A stretch of 64,000 nt of DNA from Candidatus Gastranaerophilaceae bacterium (GTDB lineage: Bacteria > Cyanobacteriota > Vampirovibrionia > Gastranaerophilales > Gastranaerophilaceae), in NCBI GenBank assembly GCA_041678605.1, contig JBAYNW010000001.1:13947-77946 (forward strand). Direction: 5' to 3'. Shown one piece after another: positions 54,820-63,945 of this stretch (its first letter is position 1; the number at the start of each line of letters is the position of its first letter). Made by a program: the position numbers and the translations under genes. The notes under the pieces are model-generated. The model made no database searches. It saw only the letters and a list, made by a program, of their open reading frames with translations, and had not been told where the DNA came from.

Positions 54820-55992
54820 GTGAAGGGACAAATATTTAAGATACATTCGGATTTTTATTACGTAAATTCAGGAAACGAGGTTTACGAGTGTAAGGTGCGT
54901 GAAGTTTTAAAAAAACAAAAAGAAAAGATTTTGGTCGGAGATTTTGTAGATATTTCAGAGATAAATGCTCGTCAAAGTAGGTTAGGCTATTGTCCGGCTC
55001 CATCCCCCCTTGAGGGAAGGACTCCGCTCTGTCGATTGAGTATCGACAGAGATGGAGGGAAAGGTTTGGGGTGGGGGGCTTCCAAAATTGCCCAACAGCA
55101 AAAAACTGCTGTTATAGAAAAAATCTTACCCAGAAAAAATTTCTTAACCCGTCCGAGTGTCGCAAACGTTGAGCAGGTCGTAATAGTTTCTTCGATTAAA
55201 GAGCCTGATTTGGACTTTGAACAGCTTAACAGGTACATTGCACTTGCAAAATACCATAAGATTAAAACAAAACTGTGCTTTAATAAAAATGATTTGTCGG
55301 AAGATGACACAATTATTGAAAAAATCTTTGAAATTTACGAACCGCTTGGATTTGAAATAGTTTTCACATCTGCTTTAGAAAAACTCGGAATAGAAGATTT
55401 TGTGGAACTTTTGGGAAATAAAATCACTGTTTTTTGCGGAAATTCAGGCGTGGGCAAATCGAGTTTGATAAACTCGATTTGCCCCGATTTAAATATAAAA
55501 ACAAAAGAAGTTAGCGAAAAGACAAGCCGTGGGGTTCACACGACAAGACATTGTGAGATAATCACGATAGGAAACAGTAAATCGAAAACAGGAAACAGAA
55601 GCCTCTCACTTACAAAAATTATCGATACTCCGGGATTCAGCAATGTAAAATTTGATTTTTTAATGCCTGATGACATTGATGAACTTTTTGACGAAATAAA
55701 AAAATACAAATCAAATTGTAAATTCAAGGACTGTCTGCATATCCAAGAGGAAGGCTGCGAAGTTCTTGAACACATCGATGAAATTGACATTTCAAGATAT
55801 CAGAGTTATCTTTCTTTTGTTGAGGAGGCAAAGGACTTTAAAGAAAAAGTAAAACGTCAGGGTACAAAAAAGGAAACCTCGCAAAAAGAAGGTTTGAACA
55901 GACAGGTTGCAAAAATCAGCACCCGCAAACGCCAGTCCGCCAGAAATACTCTAAAACAAAATATTTATAAGGATTTGGAAGAAGACGAATAA
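54820..55992 (+). CDS. rsgA: ribosome small subunit-dependent GTPase A with in-frame repeat insertion
   Basis: VKGQIFKIHSDFYYV OB-fold start (GTG at 54820; the ORF is open from TTG at 54751). Motifs NVEQVVIV, FNKNDL, GNSGVGKSSLIN, IIDTPGF and the zinc motif C.F.DC.H..E.GC. Confidence 0.85.
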   Translation: MKGQIFKIHSDFYYVNSGNEVYECKVREVLKKQKEKILVGDFVDISEINARQSRLGYCPAPSPLEGRTPLCRLSIDRDGGKGLGWGASKIAQQQKTAVIEKILPRKNFLTRPSVANVEQVVIVSSIKEPDLDFEQLNRYIALAKYHKIKTKLCFNKNDLSEDDTIIEKIFEIYEPLGFEIVFTSALEKLGIEDFVELLGNKITVFCGNSGVGKSSLINSICPDLNIKTKEVSEKTSRGVHTTRHCEIITIGNSKSKTGNRSLSLTKIIDTPGFSNVKFDFLMPDDIDELFDEIKKYKSNCKFKDCLHIQEEGCEVLEHIDEIDISRYQSYLSFVEEAKDFKEKVKRQGTKKETSQKEGLNRQVAKISTRKRQSARNTLKQNIYKDLEEDE

Positions 55993-56122
55993 GTAAATGC
56001 CAACATCAAGCAAGTCGTTGCGAGGAGTGAGCTTGCGAGCGACGTGGCAATCCAAAACAGTACATAATCCTTCTTGGATTGCTTCGGCTAAAGCCTCGCA
56101 AAGACATAATTTGCAAACGCCA
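55955..56122. repeat. left copy of 168-nt direct repeat (rsgA 3' end plus palindromic CGTTGCGAGG element)
   Basis: Differs from 56941-57108 at 2 positions. Confidence 0.9.
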
Positions 56123-56222
56123 ATCAGCCAGAAATGTTCAAAAGCAGAATCTTTATAAGGATTTGGACGTTTAATTGAATTTTTTAAAAAAATGGGTTAT
56201 AATTATTTAAAAGAGGTTAAAT

Positions 56223-56537
56223 ATGGATCTTTCTAAAGTCATAAAAGAATTAAATTTACGCATAAAAGAAAAGTATCCCGATTTTCGCGGGTCTTATCTG
56301 TACGGTTCTCGTGCAAGAGGTGATTATCGAGAAGACAGTGACATAGACATTGTTTTGGTTTTTGAAAAAACACATTCTTATGATGAAGAAGCAGAAATTC
56401 ATAGTATTGTTGCAGACTTAAACTGCAAATACGACATTGTGATTATTGGAATTCCTTACACAAAAAGACAGCTTAAAAAGAATTATGTCTTTCATAATGA
56501 GGTAGTGTTTAAAGGGATTTATTATGAAGCAGCATAA
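56223..56537 (+). CDS. nucleotidyltransferase-domain protein (MNT/MntA-type antitoxin-like)
   Basis: YLYGSRARGDYREDSDIDIVLVF signature. Confidence 0.8.
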   Translation: MDLSKVIKELNLRIKEKYPDFRGSYLYGSRARGDYREDSDIDIVLVFEKTHSYDEEAEIHSIVADLNCKYDIVIIGIPYTKRQLKKNYVFHNEVVFKGIYYEAA

Positions 56538-56913
56538 AGAATTGTTAGTAAAAAATTCTATGAAAAAAGCTGATGAAGCATTGACTGACGCCCAAAGTAA
56601 TTTAAGTCTTACTTTAAAACAAAATCGCAATTATTATGCTGTATTTTATATAGTTTTGGCCTTAGCTTATTTGGATGATTTTCAAACAGGTAAACACCAT
56701 CAACTTATGGGCTGGTTTAATAGGGAGTATATTTATAAAAATAAGATTTTTGGCGATAAATTAAAAACTATTTACCAAACATTAATTGCCAACAGAGAAA
56801 AATTTGATTATAGCGTCATGGAAACGCCTAAAGAAGAAACTGTTAAAAAAGGTTTTGAAGATGCGAAATTTTTCGTTCAAACGGTAAAAGAATATATTTT
56901 GAAAAGACTATAG
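56524..56913 (+). CDS. HEPN-domain protein (toxin-like partner of MNT)
   Basis: Overlaps the upstream NTase gene by 14 nt. Helical, with an R-E-K-F-D-Y (RxxxDY) motif typical of MNT-associated HEPN. Confidence 0.7.
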   Translation: MKQHKELLVKNSMKKADEALTDAQSNLSLTLKQNRNYYAVFYIVLALAYLDDFQTGKHHQLMGWFNREYIYKNKIFGDKLKTIYQTLIANREKFDYSVMETPKEETVKKGFEDAKFFVQTVKEYILKRL

Positions 56914-56940
56914 GCAGATAATCAGCCAGAAACGTCCAGA

Positions 56941-57108
56941 AACAAAATATTTATAAGGATTTGGAAGAAGACAAATAAGTAAATGCCAACATCAAGCAAG
57001 TCGTTGCGAGGAGTGAGTTTGCGAGCGACGTGGCAATCCAAAACAGTACATAATCCTTCTTGGATTGCTTCGGCTAAAGCCTCGCAAAGACATAATTTGC
57101 AAACGCCA
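56941..57108. repeat. right copy of 168-nt direct repeat
   Basis: Differs from 55955-56122 at 2 positions. Confidence 0.9.
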
Positions 57109-57189
57109 GTCCGCCAGAAACGTCAAAAAGTTTGCAGGAAAATTATAAAATTGTCTCAAGCAAAGGGTTGTAACCCTTTATTTGTGTTT

Positions 57190-57390
57190 TTAATCAGAAT
57201 ATTGAAACAATTCTTGCGTATTGCATTCCAATGCCCAGCAAATTTTGTTTAAAGTCTCAAAATCAACCCCTTTAGTTTTATTATAATAAAGATTTGAAAT
57301 AGTGTTATAATTTAACCCTGTCATCTGGCTAAGTTCTGCTATTTTTAACCTTTTAATTCCCATAATTATGGATAGTCTATTTTTAATCAT
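57190..57390 (-). CDS. XRE/Cro-C1 family helix-turn-helix regulator
   Basis: MIKNRLSIIMGIKRLKIAELSQMTGLNYNTISNLY HTH pattern. The ORF is open to 57429, but the ATG at 57390 fits the family. Confidence 0.7.
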   Translation of the reverse strand: MIKNRLSIIMGIKRLKIAELSQMTGLNYNTISNLYYNKTKGVDFETLNKICWALECNTQELFQYSD

Positions 57391-57427
57391 AAATTTGATT
57401 GTAACATTTTGTTCTTTACATGTTGAC

Positions 57428-57449
57428 ATATCTTATTATAATAAGATAT
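57428..57449. promoter_or_regulatory. perfect 22-bp palindrome ATATCTTATTATAATAAGATAT, candidate operator
   Basis: Lies in the divergent XRE/prepilin intergenic region, adjacent to a TTGACA hexamer (57423-57428). Confidence 0.4.
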
Positions 57450-57500
57450 CGTTTACTATGGTAAGAACTTTCTTTAATATTTTTTAACATAGAGGCAACT

Positions 57501-58193
57501 TTGAAAAAATTAATTATAAAAAACAAAATTAAATCACTAAAATCGTTTACTTTAGCCGAAACACTGATTACATTATTGATAATCGGGATTGTGGCAATTC
57601 TTACGATAAAATCATTGATTAGCTATACAAGCGACCTTGAAATCAGATCTTCATGGAAAAAAGATTTTTCAACCTTAAGTCAGGCAATTCAGCTCCTGAG
57701 AAATGATAATGGTGGAACTTTACTCGGTTTGTGTGCTGGTGGTGATCACACTTGTTTTAAAAATGCTCTTGCTCCATATTTAAGTTATTTAAAAGCTTGT
57801 GATATGTCTTCCAGTACAACCCAGCCTGGCGGATGCTGGCATATCTATAATGGAGACGGTACTTTTCAGGCAAAATATTTAAGTGGTGATGCCGTTACTA
57901 CATCTCATTGGCTTATTTCCCCCGCGGGATTTGTTCTTAAAAATGGTCATCTCTTATATATTTCTTGGTATAAATCAGATTGTAAAGAGACAGGATATGG
58001 CCCGAACGCTCTCTCTTGTGGATATATATCGGTCGATGTTAATGGTTTTAAAGGCCCTAATACTGTAGGTAAAGATATATTTGAAACATCCGTCAGGGCA
58101 GATGTTTTAAAACCTATTGGCTCGATGGATGACAACTTTAACAATTCTTGTTCAGGAGCCGGCTATGGCTGTGCTGCTAAATATTTAGAATAG
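57501..58193 (+). CDS. prepilin-type N-terminal cleavage/methylation domain protein (pilin/pseudopilin-like)
   Basis: FTLAETLITLLIIGIVAIL signal region and VDVNGFKGPNTVGKDIF motif. TTG start. Confidence 0.7.
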   Translation: MKKLIIKNKIKSLKSFTLAETLITLLIIGIVAILTIKSLISYTSDLEIRSSWKKDFSTLSQAIQLLRNDNGGTLLGLCAGGDHTCFKNALAPYLSYLKACDMSSSTTQPGGCWHIYNGDGTFQAKYLSGDAVTTSHWLISPAGFVLKNGHLLYISWYKSDCKETGYGPNALSCGYISVDVNGFKGPNTVGKDIFETSVRADVLKPIGSMDDNFNNSCSGAGYGCAAKYLE

Positions 58194-58280
58194 AAGAATA
58201 AATTTATGGTTATGCAATAAGCATTGAGCAAGGTGGGTTCCCTAACCCACTTTTATGGTAAGATTATTTTCGTGAGTGAC

Positions 58281-59144
58281 ATGAAAAAACTTATTAAATT
58301 AATCGACGAAAACTTGGACAAGTTATTGCCCGTGCAATACCCGCAAGAGATTTTTGAATCCATGCGTTACAGCGTTTTGGCCGAAGGCAAAAGGCTTCGT
58401 CCTGTCTTGTGTCTTGAGGCGGCAAGAGTTTTCGGCGGAAAAATCGAGGACGCAATTCCTACTGCGTGTGCAATCGAAATGCTCCACGCCCAAAGCTTAA
58501 TACATGACGATTTACCCTGTATGGACAACGACGATTACAGGCGGGGAAAATTGACCAACCACAAGGTCTTTGGCGAGGCCGTGGCGGTTTTGGCAGGCGA
58601 CGCACTGTTAACTTTTGCTCCTCAGCTTATAATCCAAAAAAGCAATTTGCCTTCTGAAATAAAATTAAGACTTTTGGAAGAATATTGTATTGCGGCCGGA
58701 GCCTACGGGCTTATTGCCGGACAGGCTGTGGATATAGAATCCGAAGGTAAAGAAATTTCACCTGAAACTCTTGAATTTATTCACACGCACAAAACCGCCG
58801 ACCTTTTTAAATTAGCACTCAAGGCGGGGGCGATTATTGCAGGTGCGGGCGAAGAAAAAATTTCTGCAATGGAAAATTTCGGACAAAACCTCGGGTTTGC
58901 GTTTCAAATTTGTGACGATATTTTGGATGAAACTTCAACATTTGAAGAACTCGGTAAAACTCTTGGTAAGGATAAAGCTGCACAAAAACCTACATATACG
59001 GCAATTTTTGGGCTGGAAAAGGCCCGCACGGAAGTGATTTGCCTTTTGGATAATACTTGTGGTATAATGGCAAAACACGGTATCCAATCCGGCGTTTTCT
59101 GTGAGATAATCGACGGGATAAAAGAAAGGGCGACTAAGTGTTAG
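58281..59144 (+). CDS. polyprenyl diphosphate synthase (FPP/GGPP synthase type)
   Basis: LIHDDLPCMDNDDYRRGK (first DDxxD) and FQICDDILD (second DDxxD). Confidence 0.85.
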   Translation: MKKLIKLIDENLDKLLPVQYPQEIFESMRYSVLAEGKRLRPVLCLEAARVFGGKIEDAIPTACAIEMLHAQSLIHDDLPCMDNDDYRRGKLTNHKVFGEAVAVLAGDALLTFAPQLIIQKSNLPSEIKLRLLEEYCIAAGAYGLIAGQAVDIESEGKEISPETLEFIHTHKTADLFKLALKAGAIIAGAGEEKISAMENFGQNLGFAFQICDDILDETSTFEELGKTLGKDKAAQKPTYTAIFGLEKARTEVICLLDNTCGIMAKHGIQSGVFCEIIDGIKERATKC

Positions 59145-59605
59145 CAAAAGCGGATATTTTAAACACGGGGTATGAAGTTTTATTGACAGCCTTATTTGCG
59201 GCTTGTATTGCTCAGATAATGAAATTTATCTTGCATCTGATTTTTGAAAAGAAAATTAATTTTAAAATTTTTACAACAACGGGCGGCATGCCCAGTTCAC
59301 ATTCTGCTTCTGTCGTTAGTTTATCAACTTCTGTCGGGCTTATTACGGGATTTGATTCCATATCTTTTGCTATTGCAACCGGATACGCACTTATTGTAAT
59401 GTATGACGCAGCAGGTTTAAGGCGTGCTTCGGGCAAAATGGCTGTTTGCCTGAATAAGATTATGGATGATTTTTACAAGCACGATGTTCAATCGGTCGGC
59501 GGGAAACTTAAAGAACTCCTCGGCCACACTCCCGTTGAAGTTTTTGCCGGTGCCATTTTTGGTGCTTTATACGCTTATTATATGCATTTTATGGTTTTGC
59601 AGTAA
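59138..59605 (+). CDS. divergent PAP2 / DUF212 family membrane protein
   Basis: GGMPSSHSASV, YDAAGLRR and GHTPVEV motifs. GTG start overlaps the upstream stop. Confidence 0.75.
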   Translation: MLAKADILNTGYEVLLTALFAACIAQIMKFILHLIFEKKINFKIFTTTGGMPSSHSASVVSLSTSVGLITGFDSISFAIATGYALIVMYDAAGLRRASGKMAVCLNKIMDDFYKHDVQSVGGKLKELLGHTPVEVFAGAIFGALYAYYMHFMVLQ

Positions 59606-59681
59606 AATTTTATTTACAATTTCGTCATTTTCCGTTATTTAGTGCTAAAATACCGTTAGGGATATAACTGAGGATTTTTAG

Positions 59682-61268
59682 GTGAGAAGTAATCGTATAA
59701 AATATTGTTTTATTTCGTTTTGCATTTTGTTAATAGGGGTGCAGTTTGTTCTTGCAGGTGAAACTTTTCAGAATAACCTGCTTAAGGCCGACCTTTATCA
59801 GACCCCGTCCGGCGGAGTTAAGGTAACTTTGTACACCGGCAAACCTTACAATGACAACGTCGTTGTCAATAAAAAAAGTGACTTTGAATATGTTATTCTG
59901 ATGCCTGAAACCTCAAATTCTTTGACGGCAAAACCATCGTTAACATCCGTGGCAGATACGGTTAAAGGCATTGAGATTAAGACACAGCAGTACGAAAATC
60001 AGGTTAAGGGCTACACTAAGATAGTCATTTCAACCGCAAAACCCGTTGAAATAACCACACAAGTCCAAACTTTGGCCGTTTCTGACTATAAATTAAGTGA
60101 AAAGGATTACAAAGAATTGCTCTCCCAATCGGCGAAGAAGGCCACCGCTCCGGTTAAAAAAGAAGCGATTAAATCTGTCCAAAAACCAAAACCAGCCACA
60201 ATAAAGATAGGCACACCCGTTTTGGTTCAAAAAACAATGAAAAAGTTCACCTCCGCAAAAAAAACAGCCACGGCTAAACCTGTTTCAAAACCGGTTTCAG
60301 CTGCTGCTCACAAAACAATAGAAAAACCTCAAAAACAACCTGCACTGCAGCAACCTGAAGTTCAACCCGCATTGGTAGAAGAAAAGGCTCCGGCTTTGGT
60401 TGAAGAGCCGAAAATTGAAAGCGAAGCTACGGCTCCGATTCCTGAAAAAATTGCAGAAATACCCCAGCCCGTGGGAAGAATTCAGAAATACAAAAATATA
60501 ATAAAAAATAATCTTTATGCCGTTTTAGGCGTGATTTTTGCAATTTTTGTTTTACTGCTTTTGGGTGCGAGAAGGATGACCAAAAATATTAATAAACAGA
60601 AAGAAGATTTTATAAGCCATTTGGAAGAAAAGCCTTTACCGGTTAGGAATTATTCAGAAAAAATCAATGATAATATGAACTGGAGAGAAAAATTTCAGAC
60701 TTACGTTGAAGCCACACAGGCTTCTGACGGGGACGTGCAGAAAGATGAAAATATCCGGAATACTCAGGATTTGGATGAATTATTTGCTGACGAAGTCCCC
60801 GATATTTCTGAAGAAAAAACCGAAAATGAAACGATATCCTCACTTGATGAATTGGGAGAAATGTTTGAACAGGACAATGCCGACGAACAGGACTTTTCAA
60901 TAGAAGAACTTTTGGGTGAAGAAGAAGAGAAAGAAGAAATCGGAGAAGAAGTAGAAGAAGAAAACCTTTCAGCCCTTCAGCCTTCCGGCCCTTCTGCCGA
61001 AGAAGATGAATTTATCAAATCAGAATTTGCCATTGATGACGATAAAGGATTCTATCTGGTTGATTTTGAAGATGCAACAGCACTTGTCGGACATATAGCG
61101 GAAGAAATTTTTATTCTGAAACGCTTTGATGAGAAGGTCAGAGGCAGTCTGCAAGCCAGATTAGACGAGAAAAAAGGAACCAGCACCAGTTATATGACAA
61201 AGGTAGGCGGTTTTAGAGGGCTTGTTGAGGTAACGCCTGATAATATGAATTTGTTAATTGAACTGTAA
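59682..61268 (+). CDS. hypothetical single-pass membrane protein with Pro/Lys-rich linker and very acidic cytoplasmic region
   Basis: Signal/TM at the N-terminus, a central TM (LYAVLGVIFAIFVLLLLG) and an E/D-rich segment. GTG start. Confidence 0.5.
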   Translation: MRSNRIKYCFISFCILLIGVQFVLAGETFQNNLLKADLYQTPSGGVKVTLYTGKPYNDNVVVNKKSDFEYVILMPETSNSLTAKPSLTSVADTVKGIEIKTQQYENQVKGYTKIVISTAKPVEITTQVQTLAVSDYKLSEKDYKELLSQSAKKATAPVKKEAIKSVQKPKPATIKIGTPVLVQKTMKKFTSAKKTATAKPVSKPVSAAAHKTIEKPQKQPALQQPEVQPALVEEKAPALVEEPKIESEATAPIPEKIAEIPQPVGRIQKYKNIIKNNLYAVLGVIFAIFVLLLLGARRMTKNINKQKEDFISHLEEKPLPVRNYSEKINDNMNWREKFQTYVEATQASDGDVQKDENIRNTQDLDELFADEVPDISEEKTENETISSLDELGEMFEQDNADEQDFSIEELLGEEEEKEEIGEEVEEENLSALQPSGPSAEEDEFIKSEFAIDDDKGFYLVDFEDATALVGHIAEEIFILKRFDEKVRGSLQARLDEKKGTSTSYMTKVGGFRGLVEVTPDNMNLLIEL

Positions 61269-61286
61269 ATTCGTGAGAGGTGAGAA

Positions 61287-62687
61287 GTGAGAGGTGAGAG
61301 GAAATTATTAATATTTATCGCCCTTATTACCTTGCTTTTAACTGGTTGCATTAAAAAAGATTCCCGAACGGTCATTCAATTCGCAACATGGGGTTCGCAA
61401 TCGGAAGTTGCAATTTTGAAACCGATTTTGGCCGAATTTGAAAGGGAAAATCCTGATGTAAAAGTTGATTTAATACATATTCCGCAGAATTATTTCCAAA
61501 AAATTCACCTGCTTTTTGCGTCAAATTTGGCTCCTGACGTGATTTTTATAAACAACTTATATCTGCCAGTTTATGCCAATGCCGGCGTGTTGCAGGAGTT
61601 GAAAAGCCGAACAGTTGAAAAGCCGATAAGTTTGACTGTTTCAAAGAAAAACCATTCAACCTTTCGACCATTCAACCATTCAATTTTTTATAATAAGGCA
61701 TTGGATGCACTATCTTATGACGGAAAGCTTTACGCCATTCCCCGAGATGTTTCAAACCTTGTAATTTACTACAACAAAGACCTTTTTGACAAATACAAAG
61801 TGCCATACCCTAAAGCAAATTGGACGTTTAAGGATTTTTTAGCTGTGGCTCAAAGGCTTACCAAAGACACAAATAACGACGGCAAAAGGGATATTTGGGG
61901 TGTAAGTTTTGAGGAAGATCCGCCGTTGTTTTATTTGCCTTATTTAATGTCAGAAGGCGGCGGGGTTTTGTCGGACGATTTGAAAACTTTGATAATAGAT
62001 ACACCGCAGAGCCAAAAAGGGCTTAGGTTTTATGCCGATTTAAGAAATAAGTACCACGTGGCACCGACAAAGGCCGAGAGTGCGAGTGCGACCATGGCTC
62101 AATTGTTTTTGCAAGGAAAGCTTGCGATGCAGGTTTCGGGGCGTTGGCTTGTGCCAAAATACAGGGAAGATGCGAAATTTAATTGGGATGTGATTAATTT
62201 CCCAAGAGGGGATAAGGGCAGTGTTGTTCCGCTTGACGCTTCAGGCTGGGCAATTTCAAAAAGTTCTAAGCATAAGGAAGAGGCGGCAAAGCTGGTTGAA
62301 TTTTTGGCGTCAAAAAAAAGTATTGAGAAATTTACCCGAAGCGGGCTGATTGTACCTGCGAGAGTTGATGTTGCGGAGGGCGAATTTTTAGATAGAGATA
62401 GTGCAATTAAAAATTGTTCCTCTTATTTGACCCCCCACCCTTACCTTACCTCTCAACCCAAAGATACTCAATCTTTGGATTTCGGCAGAGTCCCTCAAGG
62501 GGGGAGGAAGAACCCATATAATGTAAGATTTTGCAGACCAAAAAGCGAAAGAGTTTTCATTGACGTAATCAAAACCTCAAAACCCACTCCGGTTTCGGTT
62601 GATTACAGTGAAATTCAGGACGAACTGCAAGAAAAAACGAATTATTTGTTTAATTTAAACACTAATGCTTGTCATGTTTTGAATTAA
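61287..62687 (+). CDS. ABC transporter extracellular solute-binding protein (family 1, sugar type) lipoprotein with in-frame repeat insertions
   Basis: Lipobox LLLTGC. Motifs IQFATWGS and LAPDVIFINN, plus a family-1 SBP pattern throughout. Confidence 0.75.
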   Translation: MRGERKLLIFIALITLLLTGCIKKDSRTVIQFATWGSQSEVAILKPILAEFERENPDVKVDLIHIPQNYFQKIHLLFASNLAPDVIFINNLYLPVYANAGVLQELKSRTVEKPISLTVSKKNHSTFRPFNHSIFYNKALDALSYDGKLYAIPRDVSNLVIYYNKDLFDKYKVPYPKANWTFKDFLAVAQRLTKDTNNDGKRDIWGVSFEEDPPLFYLPYLMSEGGGVLSDDLKTLIIDTPQSQKGLRFYADLRNKYHVAPTKAESASATMAQLFLQGKLAMQVSGRWLVPKYREDAKFNWDVINFPRGDKGSVVPLDASGWAISKSSKHKEEAAKLVEFLASKKSIEKFTRSGLIVPARVDVAEGEFLDRDSAIKNCSSYLTPHPYLTSQPKDTQSLDFGRVPQGGRKNPYNVRFCRPKSERVFIDVIKTSKPTPVSVDYSEIQDELQEKTNYLFNLNTNACHVLN

Positions 62688-63945
62688 ATTTGTCCAAAAG
62701 AGGTTGGAAATTGAGCCTTTTCGGAGATTTTAATTTTGAGGTGTCTAAGATTATTGCACCCTTTGAAGCATTTTTCAAAGTTTCTTTGATTACATCAGGG
62801 TACCATTCATATCCAGGTAACTCTTTATTATTAATCTTATTTATAACTACATCTATGTATTTCTGAGCGTTTTTAGGCATATCCGGATGTGCCGATTCTA
62901 TCCACTTATGCATGGGTATACTCATTCTTGGGTTGTTATCTCCAGCACACTCTGTAATGCAGTTGCCCGGTTCATCTTCACCAGCCAACCCTTCAATCGG
63001 CTTTAGAGGAAATACATGTTCATTTGTTGAAACAGATGTGGAAATCAATCTCTGTGAAATTTCCTGTGGAGTTCTATAAATTTTGCCATTAGAGTTTTTC
63101 CTGTAGGTTTTGCCTGAATATTTTACTACAAAAGCACTTAGATTATTTTGAGAAGTCGGGATAGATGATGCTATTTCGAGAATTTTATCAATTTTATCAA
63201 TTTTGGGAAAAGGGTTTGTAACTGCATATAGGATTGCAAGAAATTTTTTTCTTTTAAAAGGATCTTCATCATTTTCTTCAATTATCAAAGCCTTATTTTC
63301 ATCTACTAAATTCTTAATCTTGTTTCTGATTTGATAAGGTAAATCATCCGCCATCGAATGGACTTCATCTAATATTTTAAATTGCTTCGTTTTCAAAATT
63401 TCCATATGTTCCGGCCGCATTAAGAGCAACAATTCTTGCAGTGATTTTTGCGGAGATTTTAAACTTAAATCTTTAAGCTGTTTAAAAATTTCATGCTCTA
63501 TATCATGCATGTTGGATTCAAATGGATTTAAAATATCTATCAATTTTTTATTATATTCTTTATTCGGTAACGTTCTATAACAACCATAAAAGTTCTTAAA
63601 TATTTCAGGAGGGTCGTTGATTTTTTCTAACAAATTATCAAACGTAGAATTTTGCTCCTTAACATTGAAGTTTTCAATATTTTTCAAGACATTCTTTTCG
63701 TGCTGATTCATTTTTTTTCTTATTTTTTTTAAACTATCAATGACAAAATCGGCCGAAAGCGGTTCTTCCTTTAAAGGCCAAATTATTGAATAGAACTTAC
63801 TTTTCGAAATCATAATTTTTCCACAACAAGGGCATGGAATATTCTCCATTTTTTCAAATGGTAAGCTTATACCAAACGTTGTTGTAGGCTTACATAATAT
63901 GGCATAGTTGGGAATATCCCTTATTGAAAGTTTTCTCAAAGGCAT
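62662..63945 (-). CDS. hypothetical protein with N-terminal CPCCG zinc knuckle
   Basis: 427-aa ORF. The frame stays open upstream towards the window end, so the start is uncertain. Confidence 0.45.
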   Translation of the reverse strand: MPLRKLSIRDIPNYAILCKPTTTFGISLPFEKMENIPCPCCGKIMISKSKFYSIIWPLKEEPLSADFVIDSLKKIRKKMNQHEKNVLKNIENFNVKEQNSTFDNLLEKINDPPEIFKNFYGCYRTLPNKEYNKKLIDILNPFESNMHDIEHEIFKQLKDLSLKSPQKSLQELLLLMRPEHMEILKTKQFKILDEVHSMADDLPYQIRNKIKNLVDENKALIIEENDEDPFKRKKFLAILYAVTNPFPKIDKIDKILEIASSIPTSQNNLSAFVVKYSGKTYRKNSNGKIYRTPQEISQRLISTSVSTNEHVFPLKPIEGLAGEDEPGNCITECAGDNNPRMSIPMHKWIESAHPDMPKNAQKYIDVVINKINNKELPGYEWYPDVIKETLKNASKGAIILDTSKLKSPKRLNFQPLLDKFNSKHDKH

